From assembly GCA_031363155.1 (NCBI GenBank), contig JANLTW010000160.1:4113-68112 (forward strand): a stretch of 64,000 bases of DNA. Reading direction: 5' to 3'. The position numbers were made by a program, and so were the translations under genes. The notes beneath the pieces were generated by a model. That model had not been told where the DNA came from, did no database searches, and was given only the letters and a program-made list of their open reading frames with translations. Positions 29,041 to 38,049 of this stretch are shown piece by piece (the stretch's first letter is position 1; every line of letters starts with the position of its first letter). This DNA is from Gammaproteobacteria bacterium (GTDB lineage: Bacteria > Pseudomonadota > Gammaproteobacteria > Steroidobacterales > Steroidobacteraceae).

Positions 29041-30681
29041 ATGAATATCAGGCAATCCGCTGCTTGCAACCGGGGCGCAGGCATTGTTTTCGCGCTCTGT
29101 GCGCTCATCTGGCTCGCCCTTGCGATTGGGCGGCCACTCAACAATCCGGATGAAGGGCGCTACGCCGAGATTCCGCGCGAAATGCTTGCCAGCGGCGACT
29201 GGACCACGCCGCGATTGAATGGTCTTGCCTACCTGGAAAAGCCACCACTGCAGTACTGGCTGACGGCGCTCAGCCTCGGCACCTTCGGCGTCAGTGAATG
29301 GTCGGCACGACTGGTGGCGCTGTTAGCTGCGATGGCCAACGTGTGGCTGGTCTGGCTGCTGGGCCGGCGCCTGCAAGGCGCCAATACCGGCTGGCTCGCG
29401 GCCTGCATGCTCGGATCTTCGGTGCTGCATTTTGTGCTGGGCCAGACCCTGACACTGGACATGGCGTTCACGGCGCTGATGACCGGCATGCTGGCAACAT
29501 TCTGCCTGGCGCAATTGCCTGACGGCGGCCGGCAGTGGATGCCCGCGACCTGGATTTTGTTAGGTCTTGCGGTCCTGACCAAGGGCGTTGTCGCCCTGGT
29601 CATCGCCGCTGGCGTGCTTGGCATCTACCTGCTCTGGCAACGCGATCGCACAACGCTGCGCAACCTGCGCCCGTTCTCTGGTTTACTGTTGCTATTTGCG
29701 GTTACGGTGCCGTGGTTTCTGGCCGTAGGCCGTGCCAATCCGGATTTCTGGCATTTCTTCTTCGTCAACCAGCACTTTGAACGCTATTTGACCGATTTCG
29801 CGGATCGCGTCGAGCCGTGGTGGTATTTCGGTGCGGTCCTTGCACTCGGTTGTCTGCCATGGCTGCCAGCCATGGCGCGGACCTTGCTGCTGGGCTGGCG
29901 CTCTGGCGCTGCAACCGGACGCTTCAATGCGCAGCGTCTGCTATGGCTGTGGTGCGTATTCGTGATTGTGTTCTTCTCGCTGTCGCAGTCCAAGCTTGCC
30001 CCCTACATGCTGCCAGTGTTGCCACCGCTTGCGTTGCTAACAGCGCTGGACGCGCCGCGGGGACGCATCCCCGGGCTGTGGTTCGGCGCCGCGGCGCTGC
30101 TGCTCTTGTCGTTCGCGCTGTTAGTCGCCGGCCTGTGGCCCGCGTCGGTGAGCTCCGACGCCTACATTGCCGAGGTCGCCGTGCGCGCCCGCTGGGGTAT
30201 AATCGCCATCCTGTTACTGGCAGTCGCCACCGTTGCCGGACTTGTTTGGACGAAGCGCCAGGACCGCAGCCTGCTGGCGGTTGCCGTTGTAGCTGCGGGA
30301 TGGTTTGGGAGCCTGACGCTGTTGTTCGCGAGCCTGGGACATGAAGAGCAATTGCGTTCGGGGCGCGCGCTGGCTCCAGTGCTGGCCTCCTTGCCTGCTG
30401 GCACGCCGCTGTTCAGTGTGCAAACCTACGACCAGACACTGCCATTTTATTTGGGACGAACCATGACACTGGTCGACTATCGCGGCGAACTGGCCTATGG
30501 CATCGAGCATGCGCCGCAGCTCGCCATCGATTCACTGGCTGAGTTCGAGCAGCGCTGGCGCGAGCTGCCGGCCGCGGCAGCGGTGCTGCCGACCGCGACC
30601 TACCAGGAACTCGCGAACCGCGGCCTGCCGATGCGCGTGTTAGGCCAGGACCGGCGGCGGGTCGCCGTGAGTCGCCCATGA
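29041..30681 (+). CDS. arnT: Undecaprenyl-phosphate-L-Ara4N:lipid A transferase (GT83, ArnT-like)
   Basis: The track ORF is trimmed to the ATG at 29041. It contains PLNNPDEGRYAEIPREMLASGDWTTPRLNGLAYLEKPPLQYW and many TM segments. Confidence 0.8.
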   Translation: MNIRQSAACNRGAGIVFALCALIWLALAIGRPLNNPDEGRYAEIPREMLASGDWTTPRLNGLAYLEKPPLQYWLTALSLGTFGVSEWSARLVALLAAMANVWLVWLLGRRLQGANTGWLAACMLGSSVLHFVLGQTLTLDMAFTALMTGMLATFCLAQLPDGGRQWMPATWILLGLAVLTKGVVALVIAAGVLGIYLLWQRDRTTLRNLRPFSGLLLLFAVTVPWFLAVGRANPDFWHFFFVNQHFERYLTDFADRVEPWWYFGAVLALGCLPWLPAMARTLLLGWRSGAATGRFNAQRLLWLWCVFVIVFFSLSQSKLAPYMLPVLPPLALLTALDAPRGRIPGLWFGAAALLLLSFALLVAGLWPASVSSDAYIAEVAVRARWGIIAILLLAVATVAGLVWTKRQDRSLLAVAVVAAGWFGSLTLLFASLGHEEQLRSGRALAPVLASLPAGTPLFSVQTYDQTLPFYLGRTMTLVDYRGELAYGIEHAPQLAIDSLAEFEQRWRELPAAAAVLPTATYQELANRGLPMRVLGQDRRRVAVSRP

Positions 30682-31055
30682 GTGCTCTGACCTGGACTCT
30701 GATTCTGGTGGGCGTGCTGCTTAATGCCGCAGCACAACTGCTGCTCAAGGCGGCCACCAGCGCGACCGGCGTGATCGCGCTCAGCAGCACGGGCCTGACG
30801 GCCGCGCTGCCGAGGTTACTGTCGCACCCTGGATCCTGGGGCGGCATCGGTTGTTATGCGGTCAGCGTCATCGTGTGGGTGCTGGCGCTGTCACGTGCGC
30901 CGGTCAGCATCGCCTACCCGATGCTGTCGATCGGTTATATCGTCAACGCGCTGCTCGCCTACTGGCTATTCGGAGAACCGCTGCATGCGAGCAAGGTTGC
31001 GGGAATTTTTGTCATCGTCGTGGGGGTGTATCTCCTGACCCGGAGTCCTACATGA
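30678..31055 (+). CDS. Small EamA/SMR-like membrane protein, ArnE/ArnF-like flippase subunit
   Basis: 125-aa ORF with 4 TM helices. It has ATGA overlaps with both arnT and arnB. Confidence 0.6.
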   Translation: MSALTWTLILVGVLLNAAAQLLLKAATSATGVIALSSTGLTAALPRLLSHPGSWGGIGCYAVSVIVWVLALSRAPVSIAYPMLSIGYIVNALLAYWLFGEPLHASKVAGIFVIVVGVYLLTRSPT

Positions 31056-32176
31056 GCGCGCGACTGCCATTCGCCAGGCCCACCCTGGATGAAGCAACCG
31101 TTGACGCGGTCGCCAGCGTCATCCGTTCGGCATGGATAACCTCCGGACCTAACGTCGCAAAATTCGAAGCCGACCTGTCCGGTTATCTCGGCGGCCGCGC
31201 AGTGCGGACCATGACCTCGGGCACTGCCGCGCTCGAGCTGGCCTTGCTGGCAGCGGCTATAGGCCCTGGCGACGAGGTCATCGTGCCGGCGATGAGTTTT
31301 GCCGCCAGTGCGAACGTGGTGCTGCGCGTCGGCGCGCGACCGGTATTCGTCGATGTGGAACTGGCAAGCCGCAATATCGACGTGGCGAAAATCGAAGCCG
31401 CTATTACCAGCAAGACGCGCGCCGTCATGCCGGTGCACTTCGCCGGCCTGCCGGTCGACATGGACCGGCTGCTGGCGATTTGCGTGCGTCACAGGTTGCG
31501 CCTGGTCGAGGATGCCGCGCATGCCATCGGTACGCTGTGGCGCGGCAAGCGGATCGGGTCCTTTGGCGACCTGACCTGCTTCAGCTTTCACCCTAACAAG
31601 AACATGACGACGATCGAAGGCGGCGCAATCGCGGTTGCCAATCCGTCCGAGTGCCGGCTGATCGACGCCGAACGGTTTCATGGCATCGAAAAGGACGCGG
31701 ACGGCAATGTCGATGTTGTCCGTGCCGGCGGCAAGTACAACCTGTCGGATATTTCCGCGGTTATCGGCATTCGACAGCTGGCGCAGCTGGACAGTTTCTC
31801 CGCGCGGCGGCGCGAACTGGCAGGCATCTACTTGGCCCGGTTCGGCGATCGACCGCCGGGCGTGCTGCCGGCCCGCGGCGATGATGGGCACTGCTGGAAC
31901 ATGTTCACGCTGCTGCTGCCTTTCAAGCGCCTCGGCATGTCGCGGGTCGAGTTCATCAGGGCCATGAGCAATCACAACATTGCGCTCGGCATTCACTACC
32001 CCTGCATTCCCGGCCTCAGCGCCTACCGCCACCTGGGCTTCGACGCCGCGTTATTTCCCAACGCATCGAGGGTGGGTGAAGAAACCGTGACGCTGCCCTT
32101 GTTCCCGAGCATGGCCGATGACGATGTGCACCGCGTCTGCGATGCTATCGCTCAAGTGTCAGGCGATCGCGCATGA
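31052..32176 (+). CDS. arnB: UDP-4-amino-4-deoxy-L-arabinose:oxoglutarate aminotransferase (DegT/DnrJ/EryC1 family)
   Basis: The track ORF is trimmed to MSARLPFARPTLDEAT. The PLP-Lys context is SFHPNKNMTTIEGGA. Confidence 0.85.
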   Translation: MSARLPFARPTLDEATVDAVASVIRSAWITSGPNVAKFEADLSGYLGGRAVRTMTSGTAALELALLAAAIGPGDEVIVPAMSFAASANVVLRVGARPVFVDVELASRNIDVAKIEAAITSKTRAVMPVHFAGLPVDMDRLLAICVRHRLRLVEDAAHAIGTLWRGKRIGSFGDLTCFSFHPNKNMTTIEGGAIAVANPSECRLIDAERFHGIEKDADGNVDVVRAGGKYNLSDISAVIGIRQLAQLDSFSARRRELAGIYLARFGDRPPGVLPARGDDGHCWNMFTLLLPFKRLGMSRVEFIRAMSNHNIALGIHYPCIPGLSAYRHLGFDAALFPNASRVGEETVTLPLFPSMADDDVHRVCDAIAQVSGDRA

Positions 32177-33150
32177 CCATGAACGCACTGGTCGCGCAGG
32201 CTGTGCCTGCCATCAGCATTGTCATTCCGGTCTATAACGAGGAATCCTGCCTGCGCGACCTGTCGGCGCGGCTCTATCCCGCGCTCGATGCGCTGCAACG
32301 CTCCTATGAAGTCATCTTCATTGACGACGGCAGCAAGGACAAATCCGTCGCCCTGCTGCGGGAAATGTTTCAGCAGCGGCCGGCGCAGACACGCATCGTG
32401 ATATTGCGCGGCAATTTCGGACAGCACGCCGCGATCATGGCGGGATTTGAGCGCGCCAGGGGCGAGTTCATCATCACGCTCGATGCCGATTTGCAGAACC
32501 CGCCGGAAGAAATCGCCAAGCTGGTCGCCAGTTACGAACAGGGTCACGATTATGTCGGCACCGTGCGGATGAATCGCCAGGACCTGTGGTGGCGGCGCAA
32601 GGCCTCGGTGCTGATGAACTGGATCCGCGAGAAGATTTCCGGCATCCGCATGACCGACCAGGGCTGCATGCTGCGCGGTTACTCCCGCAACATCGTCGAT
32701 GCCATCAACCAGACGCGCGAAGTGTCGACGTTTCTGCCGGCGTTAGGCAGCATGTATGCGCTGCACGGCACTGAGATCCAGGTAGCGCACGATGAGCGGC
32801 TGAGCGGCGAATCCAAGTATTCGCTCTACAAGCTGATCCGCCTCAATTTCGATCTGATGACCGGTTTCTCGCTGGTGCCACTGCAGTTCTTTTCGATGGC
32901 CGGAATCGTCATTTCGCTGCTGTCGTTCCTGTTTGTCGTATTCCTGACAATTCGCCGCCTGGTCGTCGGCCCGGAAGCGGAAGGTCTCTTTACGCTGTTC
33001 GCGATCGTGTTCCTGCTGATCGGCATCACCCTCTTTGGCATCGGCCTGTTAGGTGAATACGTCGGACGCATCTACCTGCAGGTCCGCAAGCGGCCGAAAT
33101 ACCTGATCGATGCGGTGGTCGAGGCGCAGCGGGACCAACCCGACCCATGA
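32173..33150 (+). CDS. arnC: Undecaprenyl-phosphate 4-deoxy-4-formamido-L-arabinose transferase (GT2)
   Basis: ISIVIPVYNEE, VIFIDDGSKD, ITLDADLQNPPEEI and two C-terminal TM helices are present. Confidence 0.85.
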   Translation: MTMNALVAQAVPAISIVIPVYNEESCLRDLSARLYPALDALQRSYEVIFIDDGSKDKSVALLREMFQQRPAQTRIVILRGNFGQHAAIMAGFERARGEFIITLDADLQNPPEEIAKLVASYEQGHDYVGTVRMNRQDLWWRRKASVLMNWIREKISGIRMTDQGCMLRGYSRNIVDAINQTREVSTFLPALGSMYALHGTEIQVAHDERLSGESKYSLYKLIRLNFDLMTGFSLVPLQFFSMAGIVISLLSFLFVVFLTIRRLVVGPEAEGLFTLFAIVFLLIGITLFGIGLLGEYVGRIYLQVRKRPKYLIDAVVEAQRDQPDP

Positions 33151-34076
33151 CCACCGCCCTGGTCTGCGCCTACTCCGAAGTGGGCGTGCGGTGTGTGCGG
33201 GTACTGCTGCAGCAGGGCATCAAGGTCACCTGGGTACTTACCCACGAAGACGATCCCGCCGAGCAGCGTTGGTTCAGCAGCGTCGCGGATCTCGCCCGTG
33301 AGCAGGGACTCAGGGTTGCCACGCCCGCATCACCGGGCGACCCGGAATGGCTGGTGCGACTCAGCGATCCACGCCCGGATTTCCTGTTTTCATTCTATTA
33401 CCGCTACCTGCTTCCCGACGTATTGTTAGCTCTGCCGGCCTGCGGCGCGCTCAACATGCACGGTTCACTGTTGCCCAAGTATCGCGGTCGCGTGCCGGTC
33501 AACTGGGCGCTGGTGCACGGCGAAACCCAGACTGGCGCGACGCTGCATTACATGCTGTCGAAGCCAGACGCCGGCCCGGTGGTGGGGCGCGAGACCGTTG
33601 CGATCGGCATCAATGACACAGCGCTGGAGGTCAGCGCAGCAGTCGCGGCCGCGGCCGAACGACTGCTGACGCGCTGCCTGCCTGCATTGATAGCCGGCAC
33701 CGCGCCCTGCGAACCTCTGGATCTCGCCGCCGGGTCCTATTACGGGCGCCGGCGGCCCGAGGATGGCCGGATTGACTGGACCTGGCCGGCCGCCCGCATC
33801 CACAACCTCATTCGGGCCGTGGCCCCGCCATTTCCCGGCGCCTTCGCCGATTTTCGCGGCCGCGAACTGCGTGCCCTTGGCAGCCACAACGATGACCAGC
33901 CAGCGCGACACCACGGTCGCGCGCCCTGCCTTTATGCCGAAGGCGAGTCACTCCTGTTAGACTGCGCGGACGGCAAACGCCTGACATTGACGCGTGCGGA
34001 ACTGGATGGCCAGGCGCTGACCGCGGCGAATCTCGCCAGCCGTTGCGGTGCTGCGATGGTGCCGCTCACCACTTGA
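33147..34076 (+). CDS. arnA: UDP-L-Ara4N formyltransferase (stand-alone ArnA N-terminal domain)
   Basis: 309-aa ORF with the formyltransferase motif NMHGSLLPKYRGRVPVNWALVHGETQTGATLH. Confidence 0.8.
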   Translation: MTTALVCAYSEVGVRCVRVLLQQGIKVTWVLTHEDDPAEQRWFSSVADLAREQGLRVATPASPGDPEWLVRLSDPRPDFLFSFYYRYLLPDVLLALPACGALNMHGSLLPKYRGRVPVNWALVHGETQTGATLHYMLSKPDAGPVVGRETVAIGINDTALEVSAAVAAAAERLLTRCLPALIAGTAPCEPLDLAAGSYYGRRRPEDGRIDWTWPAARIHNLIRAVAPPFPGAFADFRGRELRALGSHNDDQPARHHGRAPCLYAEGESLLLDCADGKRLTLTRAELDGQALTAANLASRCGAAMVPLTT

Positions 34077-34093
34077 ATCAAAGAACTAACAAT

Positions 34094-35191
34094 ATGAAAC
34101 GAATCCTGATTCTGGGCGTCAATGGTTTTATCGGCCACCACCTGACGCGCGAGTTGCTGCAGAAGACCGACAACTACGTGTACGGCATGGACCTGCAGAG
34201 CGAGCGCGTCGAGGCGTTCCGTGCCAATCCACGCTTTCACTTTGTCGAAGGCGACATCACGATCAACAAGGAATGGATCGAGTACAACGTCCGCAAATGC
34301 GACATGGTGCTGCCGCTGGTTGCGATCGCGACCCCCTCGACCTACGTGAGCGATCCGTTGCGGGTGTTCGAGCTCGATTTCGAGGCCAACCTGCCCATCA
34401 TTCGCCACTGCGTCAAATACCGCAAACGCGTGATCTTTCCGTCGACCTCCGAGGTTTACGGCATGAGCACCGACAAGGAATTCGATCCGGAAACCTCGCA
34501 CCTGGTGCTGGGGCCGATCAACAAGTCGCGCTGGATCTATTCCTGCGCCAAGCAGTTGCTGGACCGGATCATCTGGAGCTACGGCCTGAAGGGCGAGCTC
34601 GATTTCACGCTGATCCGCCCGTTCAACTGGATCGGCGCCGGCCTCGACAGCATCCACACTCCAAAGGAAGGCAGCTCGCGCGTGCTGACCCAGTTCCTCG
34701 GCCACATCGTGCGCGGCGAGAACATCCAGCTGGTCGACGGCGGCGCGCAGATGCGTTCGTTCACCTATGTCGATGATGCGATGGATTGCCTGCTGCGCAT
34801 CATCGCGAACCCGGCCGGCATCGCCAGCGGCAAGATCTACAACATCGGCAATCCAGCTAACAACTATTCGATCCGGCAGCTGGCGGAAATGATGCTGGAG
34901 GTCGCCAGGTCACGCCCGGAATATCGCGACAGCGCGCACAAGGTGCAGATCACCGACGTGTCCTCGGCACGCTATTACGGCGCCGGCTACCAGGACATCC
35001 AGAACCGCGTGCCCAAGATCGAGAACACCTGCAAGGAACTCGGTTGGTCGCCCAGGATCGACATGCACACGGCGCTGCAGGGGATTTTCGATGCCTATGC
35101 CGGCGACCTGCAGGATGCCCGTAACCTCACCAGCGGCTCCGCGACCGGCAGCTTCCCGGCGCTCGGCCCAAAAATCGACAAGAATGGCTGA
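34094..35191 (+). CDS. arnA: UDP-glucuronate oxidative decarboxylase (stand-alone ArnA C-terminal domain, SDR fold)
   Basis: The track ORF is trimmed to MKRILILGVNGFIGHHL (a Rossmann fold). It also has YSCAKQLLDR (YxxxK) and RPFNWIG. Confidence 0.8.
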   Translation: MKRILILGVNGFIGHHLTRELLQKTDNYVYGMDLQSERVEAFRANPRFHFVEGDITINKEWIEYNVRKCDMVLPLVAIATPSTYVSDPLRVFELDFEANLPIIRHCVKYRKRVIFPSTSEVYGMSTDKEFDPETSHLVLGPINKSRWIYSCAKQLLDRIIWSYGLKGELDFTLIRPFNWIGAGLDSIHTPKEGSSRVLTQFLGHIVRGENIQLVDGGAQMRSFTYVDDAMDCLLRIIANPAGIASGKIYNIGNPANNYSIRQLAEMMLEVARSRPEYRDSAHKVQITDVSSARYYGAGYQDIQNRVPKIENTCKELGWSPRIDMHTALQGIFDAYAGDLQDARNLTSGSATGSFPALGPKIDKNG

Positions 35192-35206
35192 CCGCCCTGG
35201 CAGGCG

Positions 35207-36106
35207 ATGACCCGCCTTGCGCTGAAAGTGGATGTCGATACGCTGCGCGGCACACTCGAGGGGGTGCCGCCGCTTGTTAGCATGCTGCAGCGGCACGGGA
35301 TCAACGCCACTTTTCTTTTCAGCCTCGGACCCGATAACACGGGTCGGGCTTTGCGGCGCATTTTTCGTCCGGGTTTTCTGGCCAAAGCGCTGCGCACTTC
35401 GGTCGGTGCGAATTACGGCCTCAAGACCCTGAGCTACGGCCTGCTATGGCCGGGTCCGCGTATCGGCCGTCGCGCCGAGAGTGTGCTGCGCGCGGTCCGT
35501 GATGCAGGCTTTGAAGTCGGCGTTCATTGTCACGACCACGTGCTGTGGCAGGACAACGTGGTGAATCGCGACGCAGCCTGGGCTCGCCGGCAGATGAGCC
35601 TCGCAGTGCAGGAATTTCAGCGGATTTTCGCGACCGCGCCCCAGATACATGGCGCCGCGGGCTGGCAGGTCAACGAATTCGTGCCGGAACTCGAGGCAGA
35701 ATTTGGCTTTGAACTGGCGAGCGACACACGCGGCACCGCTCCGTTCCTGCCACGGACCGCGAGCGGCAAGCCGGTGTGCCTGCAGATTCCGACGACTCTG
35801 CCGACGCTGGATGAAATGATCGGGCTGGATGGCTGCACCGAAGCTAACGTCGCCGCACGGGTACTGGCCCTGACCCGGCAACAGGCCGGGCGCGACCAGG
35901 TATTCACGCTGCATGCCGAGATCGAGGGCATGCGGCTCACACCCGCATTTGACGCCCTGCTGCACGGCTGGACTCGGGCCGGCGTGCAGCCCTGCTCGTT
36001 AGGCGAGCTGGCGCGAACCGTGGACCGGCAGGCACTGCCCACGCAGACGATACTGCAGGGTGAAATTCCCGGCCGCTCCGGCACGCTCGCCTGCCAGGGT
36101 CAGTGA
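35207..36106 (+). CDS. arnD: 4-deoxy-4-formamido-L-arabinose-phosphoundecaprenol deformylase (polysaccharide deacetylase family)
   Basis: 299-aa ORF with LKVDVDTLRGT and INATFLFSLGPDNTG. Confidence 0.8.
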   Translation: MTRLALKVDVDTLRGTLEGVPPLVSMLQRHGINATFLFSLGPDNTGRALRRIFRPGFLAKALRTSVGANYGLKTLSYGLLWPGPRIGRRAESVLRAVRDAGFEVGVHCHDHVLWQDNVVNRDAAWARRQMSLAVQEFQRIFATAPQIHGAAGWQVNEFVPELEAEFGFELASDTRGTAPFLPRTASGKPVCLQIPTTLPTLDEMIGLDGCTEANVAARVLALTRQQAGRDQVFTLHAEIEGMRLTPAFDALLHGWTRAGVQPCSLGELARTVDRQALPTQTILQGEIPGRSGTLACQGQ

Positions 36107-38049
36107 GCTGGCAGAACCGGCTGCGGCGGCGTCACGAACTGGTGGGCGCGAAACATCTCGAACGCGGTCTGGTAATACGCGATGGTCAGCGCATCCCGGT
36201 CCGGGTCCGCGGTTCCGGCACCATACTCGCCGGTCGCGGGATTGTAGGATTCGTTCTTGAGCGTCTTGCGCAACCCGAGGATGCTCATCTGGTTGTCACG
36301 CATCAACGCGGCATTGTGGTTGTGACTGAAGAAAGCCACATGCTTTTCCGGCGGCGTATTCAGCACATCCTGGCCGAAGAACGGCGCTGCATAGCCGATA
36401 CCTAACAGACCGAGCGCCGTGGGAGCAATGTCGATCTGCGTGGTCAGCGACTCATGCACGCCCGGCTTGAGGTGCCTGGGCGAATAGAAAAGCATGGGAA
36501 TGCGGTAGCTGGCGATCGGAATTTCCGCACGGCCGTAAACCCGCGCGCCATGATCCGCGACGATGATGAACAGCGTGTCATCAAACCACGGCTTTTTGCG
36601 CGCACTCTCGATGAAATAATTCTTGGCAAAGTCTGCATACCTGACGCCGGACTCCCGGCCACCGCCCTCGGCTTTGACGCCGGCAATCCCTTCCCGGAAG
36701 GTGAAGGGCTTGTGGTTGGAGGTATTCATGACAATGCCGAAGAAGCGCTTGCCCTGGTTGCTGAGCCCATCGAAATGTTTCAGCGCGGTGTCGAACAGGT
36801 CTTCGTCGGACACGCCCCAGATATTTTCAAAGCGTGTTGGCTCCGGGATCTGCAGCCGATCGACGACCTCGAAGCCGTTGCTGGCATAGAAACGGTTCAT
36901 GTCATCGAAGCTGCCGTACCCACCATAGAAGAACGTGGTGTGATAGCCGTTGGCGCGCATGATCGCGCCCCAGTTGGCGATGTTGTCGCTGCCCGCTCGA
37001 TGCAGGATCGAGACGGTGGGAATCGGCGGGATCGATGAGGTGATGGCTTCCAGCCCGCGCACCGTGCGGTTGCCCGATGCGTACATTTGACGGAACCACA
37101 GGCCACCCTGCGCCAGGCGATCAAAGGCCGGCGTCCAGTCGCGATCCGAGCCATACAGCTTGCTGAACTCGGCACCAAAAGACTCGCTCGCCAGGATCAC
37201 GACGTTGAGTTTGCCGAGACCCTGCGGATTCGGCGGGACGTCGCGGACCAGCCAGCCGTTAGCATCGCGGCGCAAGGTTCCTGGCCCGCTGCTCAGCTGC
37301 TGCTCGAGCCGCGCGACATTGTCGCGGGTCGGGCGCGTGACGTACCAGGGGTGGTAATCGATTTCGCTGGTGCGCAGGGCCCGGAAGAAACTGGATGGAC
37401 CATTGATCGCGAGCTCGTTAGCCACGCGATCACGCGATCGTGCCAGCAGGCTGGTGTCAAAGAAGCCAATCGCCAGCAGCAGCGCGGCGAAATAACCGCC
37501 AAATACCCGGCTGCGAGCCGCAAACCGCGCCGTTACCGCCTGCCCGCACAAGACCTGTGCGCGCAACGCCCAGACACTCGCCACGGCAATCACGCCGGCT
37601 GTGGAGAAAATGACGCCTAACGGATATTCACTGCGGATGTCGCCGATGACCTCGGTTGGGTAGAGCAGATAGTCGACCGATACCACATTGAAACGCGACG
37701 TGAACTCCTCGAAAAAGAAATATTCCGCCGCCACGACAAAGCCGAGGAAGAACAGGAAAAACGCGCCGCCAGCTAACAACACCGAGCGCATCCAGCCCGC
37801 CCGGTACCAGCGATCGCGCAGCAGCCAGGTGCAGATCATGAACGGCGCCAGCAGGTATAGCGTTTGCACCGCGTCCGCCAGCAGTCCCACCGGCAGGAAC
37901 CACAGCAGGTTGGCGGCGCCGACCCCCGCCTCGCGGCCAAAGGAAAACCACAGCACCACCCGCAACAGGCTGCTTGAAACCAGATACCAGATGGCAAACG
38001 TCAGCGCGGGTCGGAAGCGCTGCAGCACCGGGCCGAAATCCTGGGGCAT
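36100..38049 (-). CDS. Sulfatase / LTA-synthase family membrane protein (phosphoglycerol- or phosphoethanolamine-transferase-like)
   Basis: 649-aa ORF. It has 5 N-terminal TM helices and then an alkaline-phosphatase-superfamily domain (VVILASESFGAEF, NTSNHKPFTF, FIIVADHG). Confidence 0.75.
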   Translation of the reverse strand: MPQDFGPVLQRFRPALTFAIWYLVSSSLLRVVLWFSFGREAGVGAANLLWFLPVGLLADAVQTLYLLAPFMICTWLLRDRWYRAGWMRSVLLAGGAFFLFFLGFVVAAEYFFFEEFTSRFNVVSVDYLLYPTEVIGDIRSEYPLGVIFSTAGVIAVASVWALRAQVLCGQAVTARFAARSRVFGGYFAALLLAIGFFDTSLLARSRDRVANELAINGPSSFFRALRTSEIDYHPWYVTRPTRDNVARLEQQLSSGPGTLRRDANGWLVRDVPPNPQGLGKLNVVILASESFGAEFSKLYGSDRDWTPAFDRLAQGGLWFRQMYASGNRTVRGLEAITSSIPPIPTVSILHRAGSDNIANWGAIMRANGYHTTFFYGGYGSFDDMNRFYASNGFEVVDRLQIPEPTRFENIWGVSDEDLFDTALKHFDGLSNQGKRFFGIVMNTSNHKPFTFREGIAGVKAEGGGRESGVRYADFAKNYFIESARKKPWFDDTLFIIVADHGARVYGRAEIPIASYRIPMLFYSPRHLKPGVHESLTTQIDIAPTALGLLGIGYAAPFFGQDVLNTPPEKHVAFFSHNHNAALMRDNQMSILGLRKTLKNESYNPATGEYGAGTADPDRDALTIAYYQTAFEMFRAHQFVTPPQPVLPAH

